Assembly (NCBI GenBank): GCA_963663385.2
Contig: CAXXXD010000002.1
Location: forward strand, 64,001-128,000
Source of the DNA: Oceanispirochaeta sp.
GTDB lineage: Bacteria > Spirochaetota > Spirochaetia > DSM-2461
Direction of reading: 5' to 3'
DNA: 64,000 bases
Part shown: positions 18,262 through 29,081 of the stretch, one piece after another
How the letters are laid out: every line of letters begins with the position of its first letter
Numbering within the stretch: the stretch's first letter is position 1
The notes under the pieces: model-generated
Told to the model about the DNA's origin: nothing
What the model saw: only the letters and a program-made list of their open reading frames with translations
Database searches by the model: none
Position numbers and translations under genes: made by a program

Positions 18262-21200
18262 CTAAAAAGTATTAACCCCTCCGCTTAGAATAAATACTTT
18301 ATAATTGTCCCGGAATCCCGCCTGTTTCAGGACCTCCCTGTAAGAGCTTTCCGAGACAGGTTTGCCATTGACTGTTTCGACCCGTATCGATTTGAGAGGG
18401 CTGAACTCACGGCTGAGCAGCACTTTAAAAAAGCCCAGGGCTTCCAGGGAATCCGGATCTTTTTCATCAGTGAAAAAATCCAGCTCCTTTCCGTTTCTTT
18501 TGGAGAAAAGGATGGGATTTTCTCCCCGGAAAACCATATGGCTGCCTGCAAGCCGGTTGGGATAATTTCCCTTCAGGGCATCCACCTTAATGCCCGAAAG
18601 GGAGGCCGGATCGCTGCAGTTCATCCAGTACAGGGCTTCTTCATCCAGCGGCCGTGACAGTTCCCGCAGGGCTTCCCAGCTGGCAAACTGCAGCCCCCGG
18701 ATATCCTCGAAAAAATGCCCTGAGACGCACTCCCCGGACAGCTCCATCAGCCGCAGGGTGGGGAATACGGCATTCCAGTTCAGCTGATCCGTTTCCCGTT
18801 CCAGCAGCTGCCGGAAGAGGACCCCGTAACGGAGGAACAGCTGCCGGATAACATCCCTGAGGCGTTCGTCCTTCTCAAGCAGGTCTTCCTCTGCCGGGAT
18901 TGTTTCGGTCCGGAACCAGCGGCCCTCCACCGGTCTGGTATGCATCCAGCGGTTGAATCCTCCCCGGCTGATCCTCCGTCCCCCGTTTTTTCTTTCTATA
19001 TCCTTAAAGGATTCGGCCGAGTATTTATTCTGAATTCCCGATCGGACTGTCCCGTAATGGTCGTTGCTGATCAGCCCTTTCCAGCACTGCTGCCAGAGAA
19101 ATTCAACCAGTTCGGTGCTGCTCATCCGGCTGTGTTCCTTTATGTCCCAGAATGTAAAACTTCCCCGTTTATCCGGAAGCAGCCGGTCCAGTTCTCCGCT
19201 CTCTCTTCCCTTCGGGATAAAAAGGGATTGTTCCTCCTCAAAGCAGAAAGCGATCTTCTCGTTTCCGCTGCCGTACCAGAGGAGGGAACTCTCCTGAAAG
19301 AGTGTATCCAGCCAGGATTTGTAATAGGGATTGATCCGGGCCGGTAAAATATCACTTTCCCACAGGGATGGTTTGGCGCCGTAGGCTATCATCTGCTCCA
19401 GGACATCCTGCAATTCCTCTTTTCCCGATCCGGCTTTTGTCAGCAATTGATGCTGGGCCATAAAGAGCTGCATTTTTTTTACAGGCAGAGCTTTGAAGGT
19501 GCTGCGGCCTTTCCGTCTTTTCAGGCGGAAGAGAATCTCCAGGTTTTCTGCCGTGCAGAACTGATCATCCCGGGCATCTTCCGTCAGTCTGTCTATAATC
19601 AGATCTCCCGCTTCCCTCAGGCTTTTCAGGAGATTCCGGATATCCTCTTCAACGGCCGGGTAGATCTCAAACAGGTATTCCAGGGATCGGGGGCCGAAAT
19701 AGCCGATCCACCGGGGAAGAATAAAATCGATCTCTGAAGCAAATCCCCCTTCCCTGTATTTCTTTCTGTAACGGGAGGAGAGAACAAGAACTTCACTGCT
19801 CAGGTCCGTATCCCAGAAGGTCAGTTTCTTTTCCGTTTCAGCTATAACGAGAGGAGCCTCATCCGGCAGATCCCGGGCCAGGGCGGTTTTCATATCCTCC
19901 CACTGGCTGAACGGGAGGAATATCCGCTCCTCCACCCAGTCGAAAAGGTCATCCGCCGTCCGGGGACTGTAATCAGGCCAGATCCTCTGCAGCTTGCTGT
20001 TAAACTCATACGCCAGCTCCGCAGGGAGCATGGGACGCAGGCCCGATTCGTGAACAATCCCCTTTATCAGGTCTTCCCTTAGATTGGATATTCCTCCCAG
20101 GGGCGTATCGTCCTCATACATACGCTGATTGGTGTGATCGTAGATAATGCCGGAGGCAAAGGGAGAAGGCGTTTTTGTCACCACTTCGCTGATTTTTATC
20201 TGCCCTTCCCGGACTTCATCCAAAACCCGGCAGAGGGATTTCAAATCAAAATCATCATGGAGGCAGGAGCGCCAGGTCTCTGTCAGAATGGGGAAATCCT
20301 CATACCGGCTGACTGCCTGAAGGAGCTTTTTCGACCTTAGCCTGGTAAGCCAGAGAGGAGTCCTCTGGTTAAAGGATTTTCGGGGGAGGAGCAGGGCCCG
20401 GGAACAGTTGTGCCGGAAACGGGCTCCGAAGAACATGGTGGATTCCAGTCTCTGCCGGAGAAGTTTCTCCAGGTTATCGCTGTTTGCAAGAGAGAGGATG
20501 TCAGATGTCCCGAACTGATGAGGCAGGTCCAGAATAATCGCGTCGTCGTCGCAGTATACCTGCAGGGGGTAACCGTGTTTATTCTCCCAGGCCTGGGAAA
20601 GGGCCTCGCTGTAGGGAAAGTTCAGTTTCCCGCCCCACAGGGTGTGAAGGATAATCTGATGGCAGTCTGTACGGCTCATGGGGTCGTTGAAGTGTTCAAT
20701 CAGCAGGTGATACCGGTGGGGGAGGGCGCTGTTTGAATGATCCCTCTGGCGGTTCAAAAAGGCGATAAGAGCTTCCGCAGCTTTATCATCCATGTAATAG
20801 TTTCTTATAAGGGTATCCCTTACGGGGGCTCCTCCCGGTTTTAACAGTGCCTCCTCGCAGAACCGGAGGAGTTCAAGGATCTTTTCCGAATAGAAAAAGT
20901 CTCTTCCATTGGGATCCGCCTTCCAGAAGGGGCTCATGGCTCCTCCCGTATCGGACGGACTTACCTCTACGGCGCGGTCGCTTATAGAATCAATACGCCA
21001 GGTCTGGGTACCGAGAGTAAAGAAGTCTCCGTGGGAGCGCTCCCAGACAAATTCTTCATCCAGCTCTCCAATCTTTGCGCCCTCCCCATGGATCCTCAAT
21101 TCATAGTATCCCCTGTCGGGGATGGTCCCGCCCGAGAGGTAGATAACCCGTTCTGCCCCGTCTCTGGCCCGGGCGGTATTACTCACCTTATCAATATTCA

Positions 21201-22617
21201 GCCGGGGTTTCAGTTCCCCTATGCGTGTATCGCTGTAGCGGCCGTTCAGCATTTCCATCACCAGATCGAAATGCCGGCGGGGCAGGGTCCGCCACATAAA
21301 GACGGATGTTATAAACAGGTATAAATCGTCCAGGTTCCACTCCCGGGTGCAGCACATGGACAGCAGAACCTGAGCCAGTACATCCAGGGGATTAACGGGG
21401 ACTTCCAGTTCCTCGATTTCTCCGTCTTTTACCGCTTTCGCCGTAACGGCGCTTCGCAGCATATCATTTCCAAACAGGGGGAAGAGGGTGGAATGGCTTG
21501 TCTCTCCCACGTTATGTCCGCCCCGGCCGATTCTCTGTACCGCGGAAGAGACCGAAAAGGGGGCTGAAATAAGGATGACCTCATCAATACTGCCAATATC
21601 GATTCCCATCTCCAGTGAGCTTGTAGCCACAATGGCTTTCAGATCTCCCTTTTTCATTTTCTGCTCCACAAAATACCTGATCTCCCGGGACAGGGAGCCA
21701 TGGTGGGCAAAAGCAATGGTTTCATCCGCCTGTTCGTTGATCATGCGGGTGACTTTTTCTGTCTGCCTTCTGGCATTGCAGAATATCAGGGTGGACCTGT
21801 TTGCCCTGATCCTCTCTACCAGTTTATCGATAACAGAGGGCCAGTGGGACTTCTCCCCTTCGGAATCTCCGGGAAAGCTGACCCGGATTTCGTACTCTTT
21901 TCTGATATCCGAACGGATCGTTTTTACAGGACGTGCCCTGAAGGCTTCCCCGGGATGTGTCCGGGGATAGAAACCTCCCAGGAGGGAGGCTGCCAGGGTC
22001 ATAGGGTGAACCGTGGCAGAAAGCCCTATCCTCTGAAACTCCCCATTAATCAGGGTCAGCCTTTCTACGGCAGAAACAAGATGGACCCCCCTCTTACTGG
22101 CCGCCACAGCATGGATTTCGTCCAGAATCACCACGCACAGGCCGGACAGTATCTTATCAGCTGCTCCGGAGGTCAGCAGGAGATTCAGGCTTTCAGGGGT
22201 GGTAATAAGAATCTCCGGAGGACGCCTCATCATCTTCTGTCTGTCCGAACTGCTGGTATCTCCGCTTCTTATACCGATACGGATATCCGGAAAGGGAACA
22301 TCCCTCTGTTCAAAGAAGGCTTTCAGTTCCTTCAAGGGTTCTGTCAGGTTCTTTTTTACATCGTTGTTGAGGGCTTTAAGGGGGGATATATAGAGCACCC
22401 GGACTGTTCCTGAAGGCCACTCCCCCGTAATGAGCTGATTCAGGGACCACAAAAAGGCCGCCAGGGTTTTTCCGCTCCCGGTGGGGGCGGTCATCAGGGT
22501 ATGGGATGAGGAGGCGATTTCCTTCCAGCCCCTTTCCTGAATATCTGTCGGATTTTTGTATTTCCGGATGAACCATTCCCGTATAAGCGGATGAAACTGC
22601 TGCATCGGAGTCGTCAT
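18262..22617 (-). CDS. lhr: Large Lhr-family DEAH-like helicase with C-terminal extension
   Basis: APTGSGKT, YISPLKAL, ITTPESL, DEIH, GLSAT, HHGSLS, ATSSLEMGIDIG, QRIGRGGH, GGTIPDRG, C-terminal RYGVLFR. Confidence 0.93.
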   Translation of the reverse strand: MTTPMQQFHPLIREWFIRKYKNPTDIQERGWKEIASSSHTLMTAPTGSGKTLAAFLWSLNQLITGEWPSGTVRVLYISPLKALNNDVKKNLTEPLKELKAFFEQRDVPFPDIRIGIRSGDTSSSDRQKMMRRPPEILITTPESLNLLLTSGAADKILSGLCVVILDEIHAVAASKRGVHLVSAVERLTLINGEFQRIGLSATVHPMTLAASLLGGFYPRTHPGEAFRARPVKTIRSDIRKEYEIRVSFPGDSEGEKSHWPSVIDKLVERIRANRSTLIFCNARRQTEKVTRMINEQADETIAFAHHGSLSREIRYFVEQKMKKGDLKAIVATSSLEMGIDIGSIDEVILISAPFSVSSAVQRIGRGGHNVGETSHSTLFPLFGNDMLRSAVTAKAVKDGEIEELEVPVNPLDVLAQVLLSMCCTREWNLDDLYLFITSVFMWRTLPRRHFDLVMEMLNGRYSDTRIGELKPRLNIDKVSNTARARDGAERVIYLSGGTIPDRGYYELRIHGEGAKIGELDEEFVWERSHGDFFTLGTQTWRIDSISDRAVEVSPSDTGGAMSPFWKADPNGRDFFYSEKILELLRFCEEALLKPGGAPVRDTLIRNYYMDDKAAEALIAFLNRQRDHSNSALPHRYHLLIEHFNDPMSRTDCHQIILHTLWGGKLNFPYSEALSQAWENKHGYPLQVYCDDDAIILDLPHQFGTSDILSLANSDNLEKLLRQRLESTMFFGARFRHNCSRALLLPRKSFNQRTPLWLTRLRSKKLLQAVSRYEDFPILTETWRSCLHDDFDLKSLCRVLDEVREGQIKISEVVTKTPSPFASGIIYDHTNQRMYEDDTPLGGISNLREDLIKGIVHESGLRPMLPAELAYEFNSKLQRIWPDYSPRTADDLFDWVEERIFLPFSQWEDMKTALARDLPDEAPLVIAETEKKLTFWDTDLSSEVLVLSSRYRKKYREGGFASEIDFILPRWIGYFGPRSLEYLFEIYPAVEEDIRNLLKSLREAGDLIIDRLTEDARDDQFCTAENLEILFRLKRRKGRSTFKALPVKKMQLFMAQHQLLTKAGSGKEELQDVLEQMIAYGAKPSLWESDILPARINPYYKSWLDTLFQESSLLWYGSGNEKIAFCFEEEQSLFIPKGRESGELDRLLPDKRGSFTFWDIKEHSRMSSTELVEFLWQQCWKGLISNDHYGTVRSGIQNKYSAESFKDIERKNGGRRISRGGFNRWMHTRPVEGRWFRTETIPAEEDLLEKDERLRDVIRQLFLRYGVLFRQLLERETDQLNWNAVFPTLRLMELSGECVSGHFFEDIRGLQFASWEALRELSRPLDEEALYWMNCSDPASLSGIKVDALKGNYPNRLAGSHMVFRGENPILFSKRNGKELDFFTDEKDPDSLEALGFFKVLLSREFSPLKSIRVETVNGKPVSESSYREVLKQAGFRDNYKVFILSGGVNTF

Positions 22618-22699
22618 TCTACCTATTATACAGCATTCATCGTGGATTTAAATTCGGATAGCCGTTATATTATTCATTACCTAAAGCAAGGATCGAACT

Positions 22700-23260
22700 A
22701 TGAAAATATCAGAAATCAAAATAACGGGAACCTGGCGGGACGTCGCCGATTCAGCCCGAACCACCATAAATATGAAACCGGGAGAGGGAGAGCCGTCCTC
22801 CTCCTGGAAAAGAAGGATGCTCCGCTGCGAGCATGCACCTATCCGGCAGGTTTTTATCCGGGCCAAGTGGACAGATCTGCCCTACTGGGTTTCGGTGCAT
22901 TTTGTCCGTCATAAGGTGGGTATTGAGCATTTTGTCCGAACCCAGAGGTCGGATCGTACCGGAGAAGACCGGAACAGCAAATCCCAGGACTCTCCCGTTG
23001 AACATGAAATCCTGGCTTCCTATCAGGCTATTCTTTCGATTTCCCGCAAACGCCTGTGCGCCTGTGCGTCAAAAGAGACGCAGCAGGCCTGGCGGATCCT
23101 TCTGGAAGCCATTAAAGAGGTTGATCCGGAACTGTATGAAGCCTGTGTGCCCGACTGTGTCTACAGGGGCTGGTGTATGGAGTACAAGAGCTGCGGTTAT
23201 CATAAAACGGAAGGGTTTCGAAAAGCCCTGGAGGATTATAGACGGGATATAAATCCCTGA
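22700..23260 (+). CDS. Short ThyX/Thy1-like flavin-dependent thymidylate synthase homolog
   Basis: EHAPIR, WVSVHFVRH, TQRSDR, SRKRLC..ASKET, VP.CVYRG.C.E..SCG resemble the ThyX motif order. Confidence 0.65.
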   Translation: MKISEIKITGTWRDVADSARTTINMKPGEGEPSSSWKRRMLRCEHAPIRQVFIRAKWTDLPYWVSVHFVRHKVGIEHFVRTQRSDRTGEDRNSKSQDSPVEHEILASYQAILSISRKRLCACASKETQQAWRILLEAIKEVDPELYEACVPDCVYRGWCMEYKSCGYHKTEGFRKALEDYRRDINP

Positions 23261-23362
23261 TCCTTTCCATGATGAGAAACCGGCAGAAGATAAGAACTGA
23301 ATAGTCAGGGAACCTGGCCGGCATGAAACCGGCTTTGACAGAGGGACGCAGGGCGCTGGTTA

Positions 23363-24430
23363 TTATATGATTCCTGTAATACAAGTCGGGGTCCCGATTT
23401 TAAAATCACCGGGATGAGTATCCAGCGGAAGCCCGGATCTGCTATCGAACTCTAAAACCTGTATGCTGTCGGAATCCTGATTGGCAATAAGAAGCCAGCG
23501 TCCAGAGTCGTTGAATTCAATATCCCTGGGCGTTTTTCCTCCGCTGCCTATAATGTCAGACTGAATCAGGCTTATCATGGAGTTTTTCCTGTCCCGGATT
23601 ATACGGAATACGGTTACTGTATCTTCAAATCGATTGGATACCACGAGACTCCTCCCGGAAGGATGAATCTTAATAGCGGCCGGCGCAGCCGTGTCCGTTC
23701 CGGTCGTATCATATTCCTGAAGTATCATCATATCTCCTGTCCGGCGGTCTCTGACGGCAACAAGGAGTTTCGGCTTCAGTTCGCAGAGTATGTACAGGGC
23801 ATTCGTTTCAGGATCCCCTGCTATATGCCGGGGGCCGTAACCGGAAGGTACCTTCAAAGCTATTCCAGCATCTGCTCCTTCCAGGGGTAATGGGTGTTTC
23901 CATATAGTATCCGAACCCAGGTCGCACACGTAGATAAATTTATTTGGCTCTGTCATCAGGATATGATGGGCGTGCGAGGATTCCTGTCTCAGCTTATCGG
24001 GGCCGTTTCCTGAATACTGATATCTATAGTCAGACGGGCTCAGCTCTCCCTTCTGAAGAGGGTAGGCCGCCAGGCTGCCGTCCAGGTAGGATACGGCAAA
24101 AAGGCTGGATCCCGATGAATCTGTCGTCAGAAAGCAGCCGGCCTTCCCCGGGCCCCTTTGCTGCCCTGTAACAGAAAGAGAGTCATTTTTCATAGCTAAT
24201 TCAAAAACGGCTCCTTCACTGTTTTCATCCTCCGATACAGCAAACAGTCTCTCTGATTCTCTGTTCCAGTGCAGATAGGAGGGATTCGGAAGGGGGAGGG
24301 GGTGATTTATCCTATTCAGTTGACCCGTTTCCCCATCCAGAGTTAATAAGGATACGCCCTCTCCGGAGGCATGGGGAACATGGGGCAGGTCTTGTGTATA
24401 GGAACCTATTGCAAAAATGTTTTTTTTCAT
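23363..24430 (-). CDS. Lactonase family (6-phosphogluconolactonase-like beta-propeller)
   Basis: IGSYT, NPSYL, RQESSHAH, DLGSD, GPRH, SNR, PRDI, ANQDSD. Confidence 0.88.
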   Translation of the reverse strand: MKKNIFAIGSYTQDLPHVPHASGEGVSLLTLDGETGQLNRINHPLPLPNPSYLHWNRESERLFAVSEDENSEGAVFELAMKNDSLSVTGQQRGPGKAGCFLTTDSSGSSLFAVSYLDGSLAAYPLQKGELSPSDYRYQYSGNGPDKLRQESSHAHHILMTEPNKFIYVCDLGSDTIWKHPLPLEGADAGIALKVPSGYGPRHIAGDPETNALYILCELKPKLLVAVRDRRTGDMMILQEYDTTGTDTAAPAAIKIHPSGRSLVVSNRFEDTVTVFRIIRDRKNSMISLIQSDIIGSGGKTPRDIEFNDSGRWLLIANQDSDSIQVLEFDSRSGLPLDTHPGDFKIGTPTCITGII

Positions 24431-24618
24431 CCCGATAAGGTTATTATATCGTTCTAATCAATAATTTCCAATTCTGTAATAAATGCTTCTAACTGATATC
24501 GCCCCGGCGGATTATTAATTCATGAATTCCTTACGATGATGAGCAACGGCCGGCTCCGGGAATTTACGGGACCGGGCAGGACTGCATACCGGTATACAGA
24601 CAGGATCCTGATTCTGGA

Positions 24619-26568
24619 TTAAGGGTCCTGATATATAGGGGCAGGCCGGATCCAGGACGAACGGTCTTCTTTCAGGATCTTCATGACAATCAGTTTTTCT
24701 TCTATCGATCCATTAGGGTTATATTCAAAAGAGAGAAGGGCATTCTGCAGCTCTTCCCGTACAGTAGAGATGTACCTGCTCCGGGCGGATACACCGTCCA
24801 CCCATGCGACCCATCCTGTTTCTGATGGAGAAGGAATCCGGAAAAGCCTGTAATGGTTCACCGATTTTCGAACCCTCCGGACCAGCCGGGTTTTGAGTCT
24901 GTATATCCCAATGCCTGACAGGAGCGTCAGGAATAGAGCCGGGATAAGTATCTGGAGAACAATCCCGACACCTGTTCCCGTAGTCCGGCTGTCCGGCACT
25001 CTTGTATCAGCCGGGACAGGGACTCCCTGTTCGGCAAGAAGAGAACGGGTCTGTTCATCGTCCGTGTCCATTATTTTTTCATTTTCATCTGTGAAGGGTG
25101 GAGTCACTTCCACGATTACCCAGCCCCTGTCCGGCAGATATACTTCCGGCCAGCGGTGGGATGCATAACCGGTTATATTTACAAGTCTCTCAGCCTTTTT
25201 CCGCCGTACTTCCCGGCTTTCTTCGGGTATCCGGATTCTGTACCCTCCGGCCAGGCGGACGGGAATCCCGTTTAATCTGGCCAGAACCGCAAAGGCTGAT
25301 GAGAAATGGACACAGTAGCCTTTACGGCTTTGATTCAGAAAATGGCTCAGGGGAAACTCAGTTGCCTCCGTTTCGAGGGAGTAGGTATACTCTCTGATGA
25401 GATAGTTCCGGATCAGTCGGACAGTCTCTATGGGATCATCTGTGTAAAATGTTTCTGCAAGGAACCGGAACTCCGACCGGGTTATCTCCGGAAGGGCTGT
25501 AAAATCTTCTTCAGAGGGCGGTTCCGGGAAGCTGTTCCCGCTTTCATGCAAATTAATAACCGTACCCTCTTTCAGCGGGAGGCTGAGGGGCAGCTCAAGG
25601 GGGGTCTCCCAGGGATGTCCGATTGAGTATTGTTCACCTGCAATGGTTAAGCCACCTGTTTTTTCTGTATAGGGGATACGACGGGAATATTCGGTTAAAA
25701 CAGTAAGTGTTCGGTTACGGATTTTCTTTTGTACCTCATCCCGGGGGATTTTAATCACCTGTTCGGCCGGATCACTGATCCAAATCTTTCCGGAAAAGAC
25801 CTGAAAAGTCTCGGTTTTAAGATAGATCGATTCTCCGGGATATCCCTCTATCCGGAAGAGTGCCGCCGGGGTAAGGACGGGACGGCCTCCTCTGTTTGTC
25901 TCCCTGTACCCTGTTCCGTATCCGGGGAGATTGAAAAACAGGGGATAATCCGGAAAAACGGTCAGAACCTTCTCTCTCAGAGTGTTGGATACGCTGCTGA
26001 TAACTTCAGATCCCTTTATCTCCTCCCGGGAGGGGCTAAGCAGTGAAAACAGTGCGGATACCGCAAAGAACAGGGGGATCCATCCGCTGAGCCATATCCC
26101 CCGTTCCCCCGGCGGGATGTTCTGATGGAAAAGAAGAGACGTTAACAGGATCAGAAGCATGAAAGACCGGAAACCCGGGTAGATCAGTACCAGAATCATA
26201 CTCTGTGAAAGGAACAGGTAGAGGAGTCCCTTCCCGCGGGGTTTTTCCAGTATCTTCAGATACCCCGGAAAACTCAGTATCCCCGCAGTCATGGCAAAAA
26301 CGGACGAGACCGTTCCTTCGGGCTGCCCGATTGACAGAAGCTGATACCAGGCCTGGTAGACAGATCCTGGTATCAGAAGGATACGCCCTCCTCCTGCCAG
26401 TAGGGATATAACCAGAAAGAGGAACAGGGCCGTCCTGTTTTTGCGGAATTTAAAGAGATAGAGGGCTCCTCCGCATAACAGGATAGCTGTAAGAGGAGAC
26501 AACGGGCCTTTCAGGATCAGAAGAAAAAGCAGATAAAGACAGACCGGTATCAGAGTAAACACAAACAT
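24619..26568 (-). CDS. Membrane transglutaminase-like domain protein
   Basis: N-terminal TMs; GYCVHFSSA, GIPVRLAGGY, HRWPEVY, GWVIVEVTP. Confidence 0.85.
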   Translation of the reverse strand: MFVFTLIPVCLYLLFLLILKGPLSPLTAILLCGGALYLFKFRKNRTALFLFLVISLLAGGGRILLIPGSVYQAWYQLLSIGQPEGTVSSVFAMTAGILSFPGYLKILEKPRGKGLLYLFLSQSMILVLIYPGFRSFMLLILLTSLLFHQNIPPGERGIWLSGWIPLFFAVSALFSLLSPSREEIKGSEVISSVSNTLREKVLTVFPDYPLFFNLPGYGTGYRETNRGGRPVLTPAALFRIEGYPGESIYLKTETFQVFSGKIWISDPAEQVIKIPRDEVQKKIRNRTLTVLTEYSRRIPYTEKTGGLTIAGEQYSIGHPWETPLELPLSLPLKEGTVINLHESGNSFPEPPSEEDFTALPEITRSEFRFLAETFYTDDPIETVRLIRNYLIREYTYSLETEATEFPLSHFLNQSRKGYCVHFSSAFAVLARLNGIPVRLAGGYRIRIPEESREVRRKKAERLVNITGYASHRWPEVYLPDRGWVIVEVTPPFTDENEKIMDTDDEQTRSLLAEQGVPVPADTRVPDSRTTGTGVGIVLQILIPALFLTLLSGIGIYRLKTRLVRRVRKSVNHYRLFRIPSPSETGWVAWVDGVSARSRYISTVREELQNALLSFEYNPNGSIEEKLIVMKILKEDRSSWIRPAPIYQDP

Positions 26569-27734
26569 GCCAGATCTTCCTTGATTGTATGAGCGCTGCG
26601 TACCTCTGTGACGGGAACATTCAGGTCCTTCAGTTCTCTGAGAAGTTTTGATTTGACTTTTAACTCATCCTCTTCCATCTCCTCCAGTACAGGTATCAGA
26701 TGCCAATCCGGTCTCTCCTGCCAGTATCGATAGTTCAAAAGAGAATAATCGCTCAGGGCGGTAAAGAGGAATACCCCTGTCCGGTTCTCCTGCTTCAGGC
26801 AGACAGGTGTTTCTGAATCGAACCTGAGTCTGATAGACAGCCTGTTCAGTGTTTCCAGATCAGACCTGTTACTCAGACAGGCGGGATACCCGTCAGGAAA
26901 ACCGTACAGGACAACTTCATCCCCGCCCCGTATTACTGCATCTGCCACAGCCATAAGGGATTCCAGAAGGGTGTCTTCGCAAATGGGTGACCGGCATATG
27001 GGGCTGCGGTCCAGTATAAGGTGAACCCGGGAGTAACCGATAGAGGAAAACTCCCTCAGGCAGATCTGGCCGGTCTGACGGAATCGCTTCCAGCTTACTG
27101 TGCGGAGGCTTTCCCCCGGGCGGTACTCCTTCAGTCCCATCATGACATCCGGGGTTTCCCTGTGCTGGGTTCCAAGCTGTCCGTCCCTGTCCGAGCCGGC
27201 TTTCCTTATCCCTCTCCCGGGGAGGCTGACCATTCTGGGGTAAACATAGAAGGTCCGCGACCAGATGGGGAAATCCCAGGAGATTAACCCGGAATAACTG
27301 TGTACCCTCATCCTGGCAAGACCTATTCTGTATACACCCCGGAGTCTGGTGTGAATCGTCATGCGGCTGTTTCGCGTTTCTCCGGGCGGGATGGCCAGTT
27401 TGCCGTTCCTGTGGGGTTTCTTCTCTCCCAGGGCGTTAACGTTGTGGAATTCCAGGGAGAGGCCGGGCACAGGGAGTTCAAACACGGACTCCAGGTGAAG
27501 TGTGTAGGTCAGGGTATCCCCTTTTGATATATGATCCCTGTTGAAATCCTGATAATAGCGTATCCCCCAGGCATTGAGCACAAAGAGCAGGGTATCCAGA
27601 AAAAAGACCATTTTCCAGAAACGGAAAAGAAAAACAAAAGAGCCTCCCAGAAACCGGGCTGACAGAAAAAAGAGAAGAAAAGAGCCGGTAAAAAGAACAA
27701 AACCGACCGGGTTTATTTTCAGGGGAAATCTCAC
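26550..27734 (-). CDS. DUF58 domain protein
   Basis: RGVYRIG, VYPR, LKEYRPGE..R.VSWK, REF motifs; lies between MoxR and transglutaminase genes. Confidence 0.82.
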   Translation of the reverse strand: MRFPLKINPVGFVLFTGSFLLFFLSARFLGGSFVFLFRFWKMVFFLDTLLFVLNAWGIRYYQDFNRDHISKGDTLTYTLHLESVFELPVPGLSLEFHNVNALGEKKPHRNGKLAIPPGETRNSRMTIHTRLRGVYRIGLARMRVHSYSGLISWDFPIWSRTFYVYPRMVSLPGRGIRKAGSDRDGQLGTQHRETPDVMMGLKEYRPGESLRTVSWKRFRQTGQICLREFSSIGYSRVHLILDRSPICRSPICEDTLLESLMAVADAVIRGGDEVVLYGFPDGYPACLSNRSDLETLNRLSIRLRFDSETPVCLKQENRTGVFLFTALSDYSLLNYRYWQERPDWHLIPVLEEMEEDELKVKSKLLRELKDLNVPVTEVRSAHTIKEDLACLCLL

Positions 27735-28684
27735 AGGCTGAGACGGGAAGGGATTTTCACACTCCGGATCAGAGTTTCAATCGCCTCGTCCATGCCGATC
27801 CCGCTGCCTCTTGATTCTGTTGAGAGCACCAGTTTATGCCTCATTACAGCAGGAGCGGACAATATAATATCTTCGGGAATAATGAACTCTCTGGCTTCCC
27901 TGGCAGCCGAGCACTGAGCCGCCTGCATCAGGTGTCTGGCTCCGCGGGTGCTTAATCCGGATTGAAAGACGGATGAGTCCCGGCTCTGCTCGGCAAGATC
28001 TACAAGGTATTGGATAACTTCCGGACTTCCCTTTATGCCAAGTATATGCTGACGTATCGCCAGTATCTCCCCGGGGCCGCTTATCTCCCCTACCCGGTTC
28101 AGAGGGTCCTCTATCCTGTACTCCGTCAGTATTTTTGCTTCAGTATCCCTTTCCGGGTACCCCGGAGAAAAACTCAGGCCGAAACGGTCCAGCTGGGATT
28201 CGGGGAGCGTAAAGGTTCCCGTATAACGGAAAGGGTTCTGGGTGGCCGCAACAAAAAAGGGCTGGGGAAGGGGGCGGCTGATCCCGTCAACCGTAACCGT
28301 GTCTTCCTGCATGGCTTCCAGGAGGGCCGCCTGAGTCCGGGCCGAGGCCCTGTTCAGCTCATCTGCCAGAATAAATGAGTGGTTAAGGGGGCCTTTATTG
28401 AAACGGAACTCTTTAATCTGATGGTCCCATATCATCATCCCCGTAATATCGCCGGGAAGGAGATCGGGGGTAAACTGAATTCTGCCGAAGTCCAGACCGC
28501 TGGCCCTGGCCAGGCATTTGACCAGGGTCGTTTTCCCGATCCCGGAGACATCTTCAATCAGGACATGCATACCGCTCAGCAGACCGGAAACCAGAATCCC
28601 GACCGCATCCTCCTTTCCAAGGAATCCTTTATTTGTTTCTGCCGTCAGGGATTGAATCAGATCTGAAGTATCCTTCATGTTCAT
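27731..28684 (-). CDS. MoxR-family AAA+ ATPase
   Basis: HVLIEDVSGIGKT, RIQFTPDLLPGDITG, DELNRA, ALLEAMQE, ATQNP, LPESQLDRF. Confidence 0.93.
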   Translation of the reverse strand: MNMKDTSDLIQSLTAETNKGFLGKEDAVGILVSGLLSGMHVLIEDVSGIGKTTLVKCLARASGLDFGRIQFTPDLLPGDITGMMIWDHQIKEFRFNKGPLNHSFILADELNRASARTQAALLEAMQEDTVTVDGISRPLPQPFFVAATQNPFRYTGTFTLPESQLDRFGLSFSPGYPERDTEAKILTEYRIEDPLNRVGEISGPGEILAIRQHILGIKGSPEVIQYLVDLAEQSRDSSVFQSGLSTRGARHLMQAAQCSAAREAREFIIPEDIILSAPAVMRHKLVLSTESRGSGIGMDEAIETLIRSVKIPSRLSL

Positions 28685-28751
28685 AAAAGGAATTATAAAC
28701 CCTGTCCCCGGAAAATGAAAATACTTTACAAATCCCCTGTTTCCCTGGCGT

Positions 28752-29009
28752 TTATGCTTCCAGTTTTCTGTTCCGGCAATACAGGGCTATATCAATGGAG
28801 ACCATCAGAAAGTTCAGGATGTAGAGGTAAATCACGAAATCAAAGGAGTAGAGAATCTTGTGCAGCATCCCGCTTACATACCCCAGCCAGATTATTATCA
28901 GAAAGGACAGGCTCTTACCTTTTGTGCTTCTGGAACGGATGGATTTATAGATGGATGTGGGCCAGGCAAAGCCGAAGGCCATTAACATCAGGGCTTCAAA
29001 TAGACTCAT
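28752..29009 (-). CDS. Small 3-TM membrane protein (PQ-loop/SemiSWEET-like)
   Basis: FEALML..FGFAWP.SIYKS.RSRSTKGKS then hydrophobic helices; SD AAGGA. Confidence 0.7.
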   Translation of the reverse strand: MSLFEALMLMAFGFAWPTSIYKSIRSRSTKGKSLSFLIIIWLGYVSGMLHKILYSFDFVIYLYILNFLMVSIDIALYCRNRKLEA

Positions 29010-29081
29010 ATTTTTTCCTTATATTACAGTAATAACCAGGAAAACATATCAAATTCCGCCTTTATAAACTAGAATACCCCT

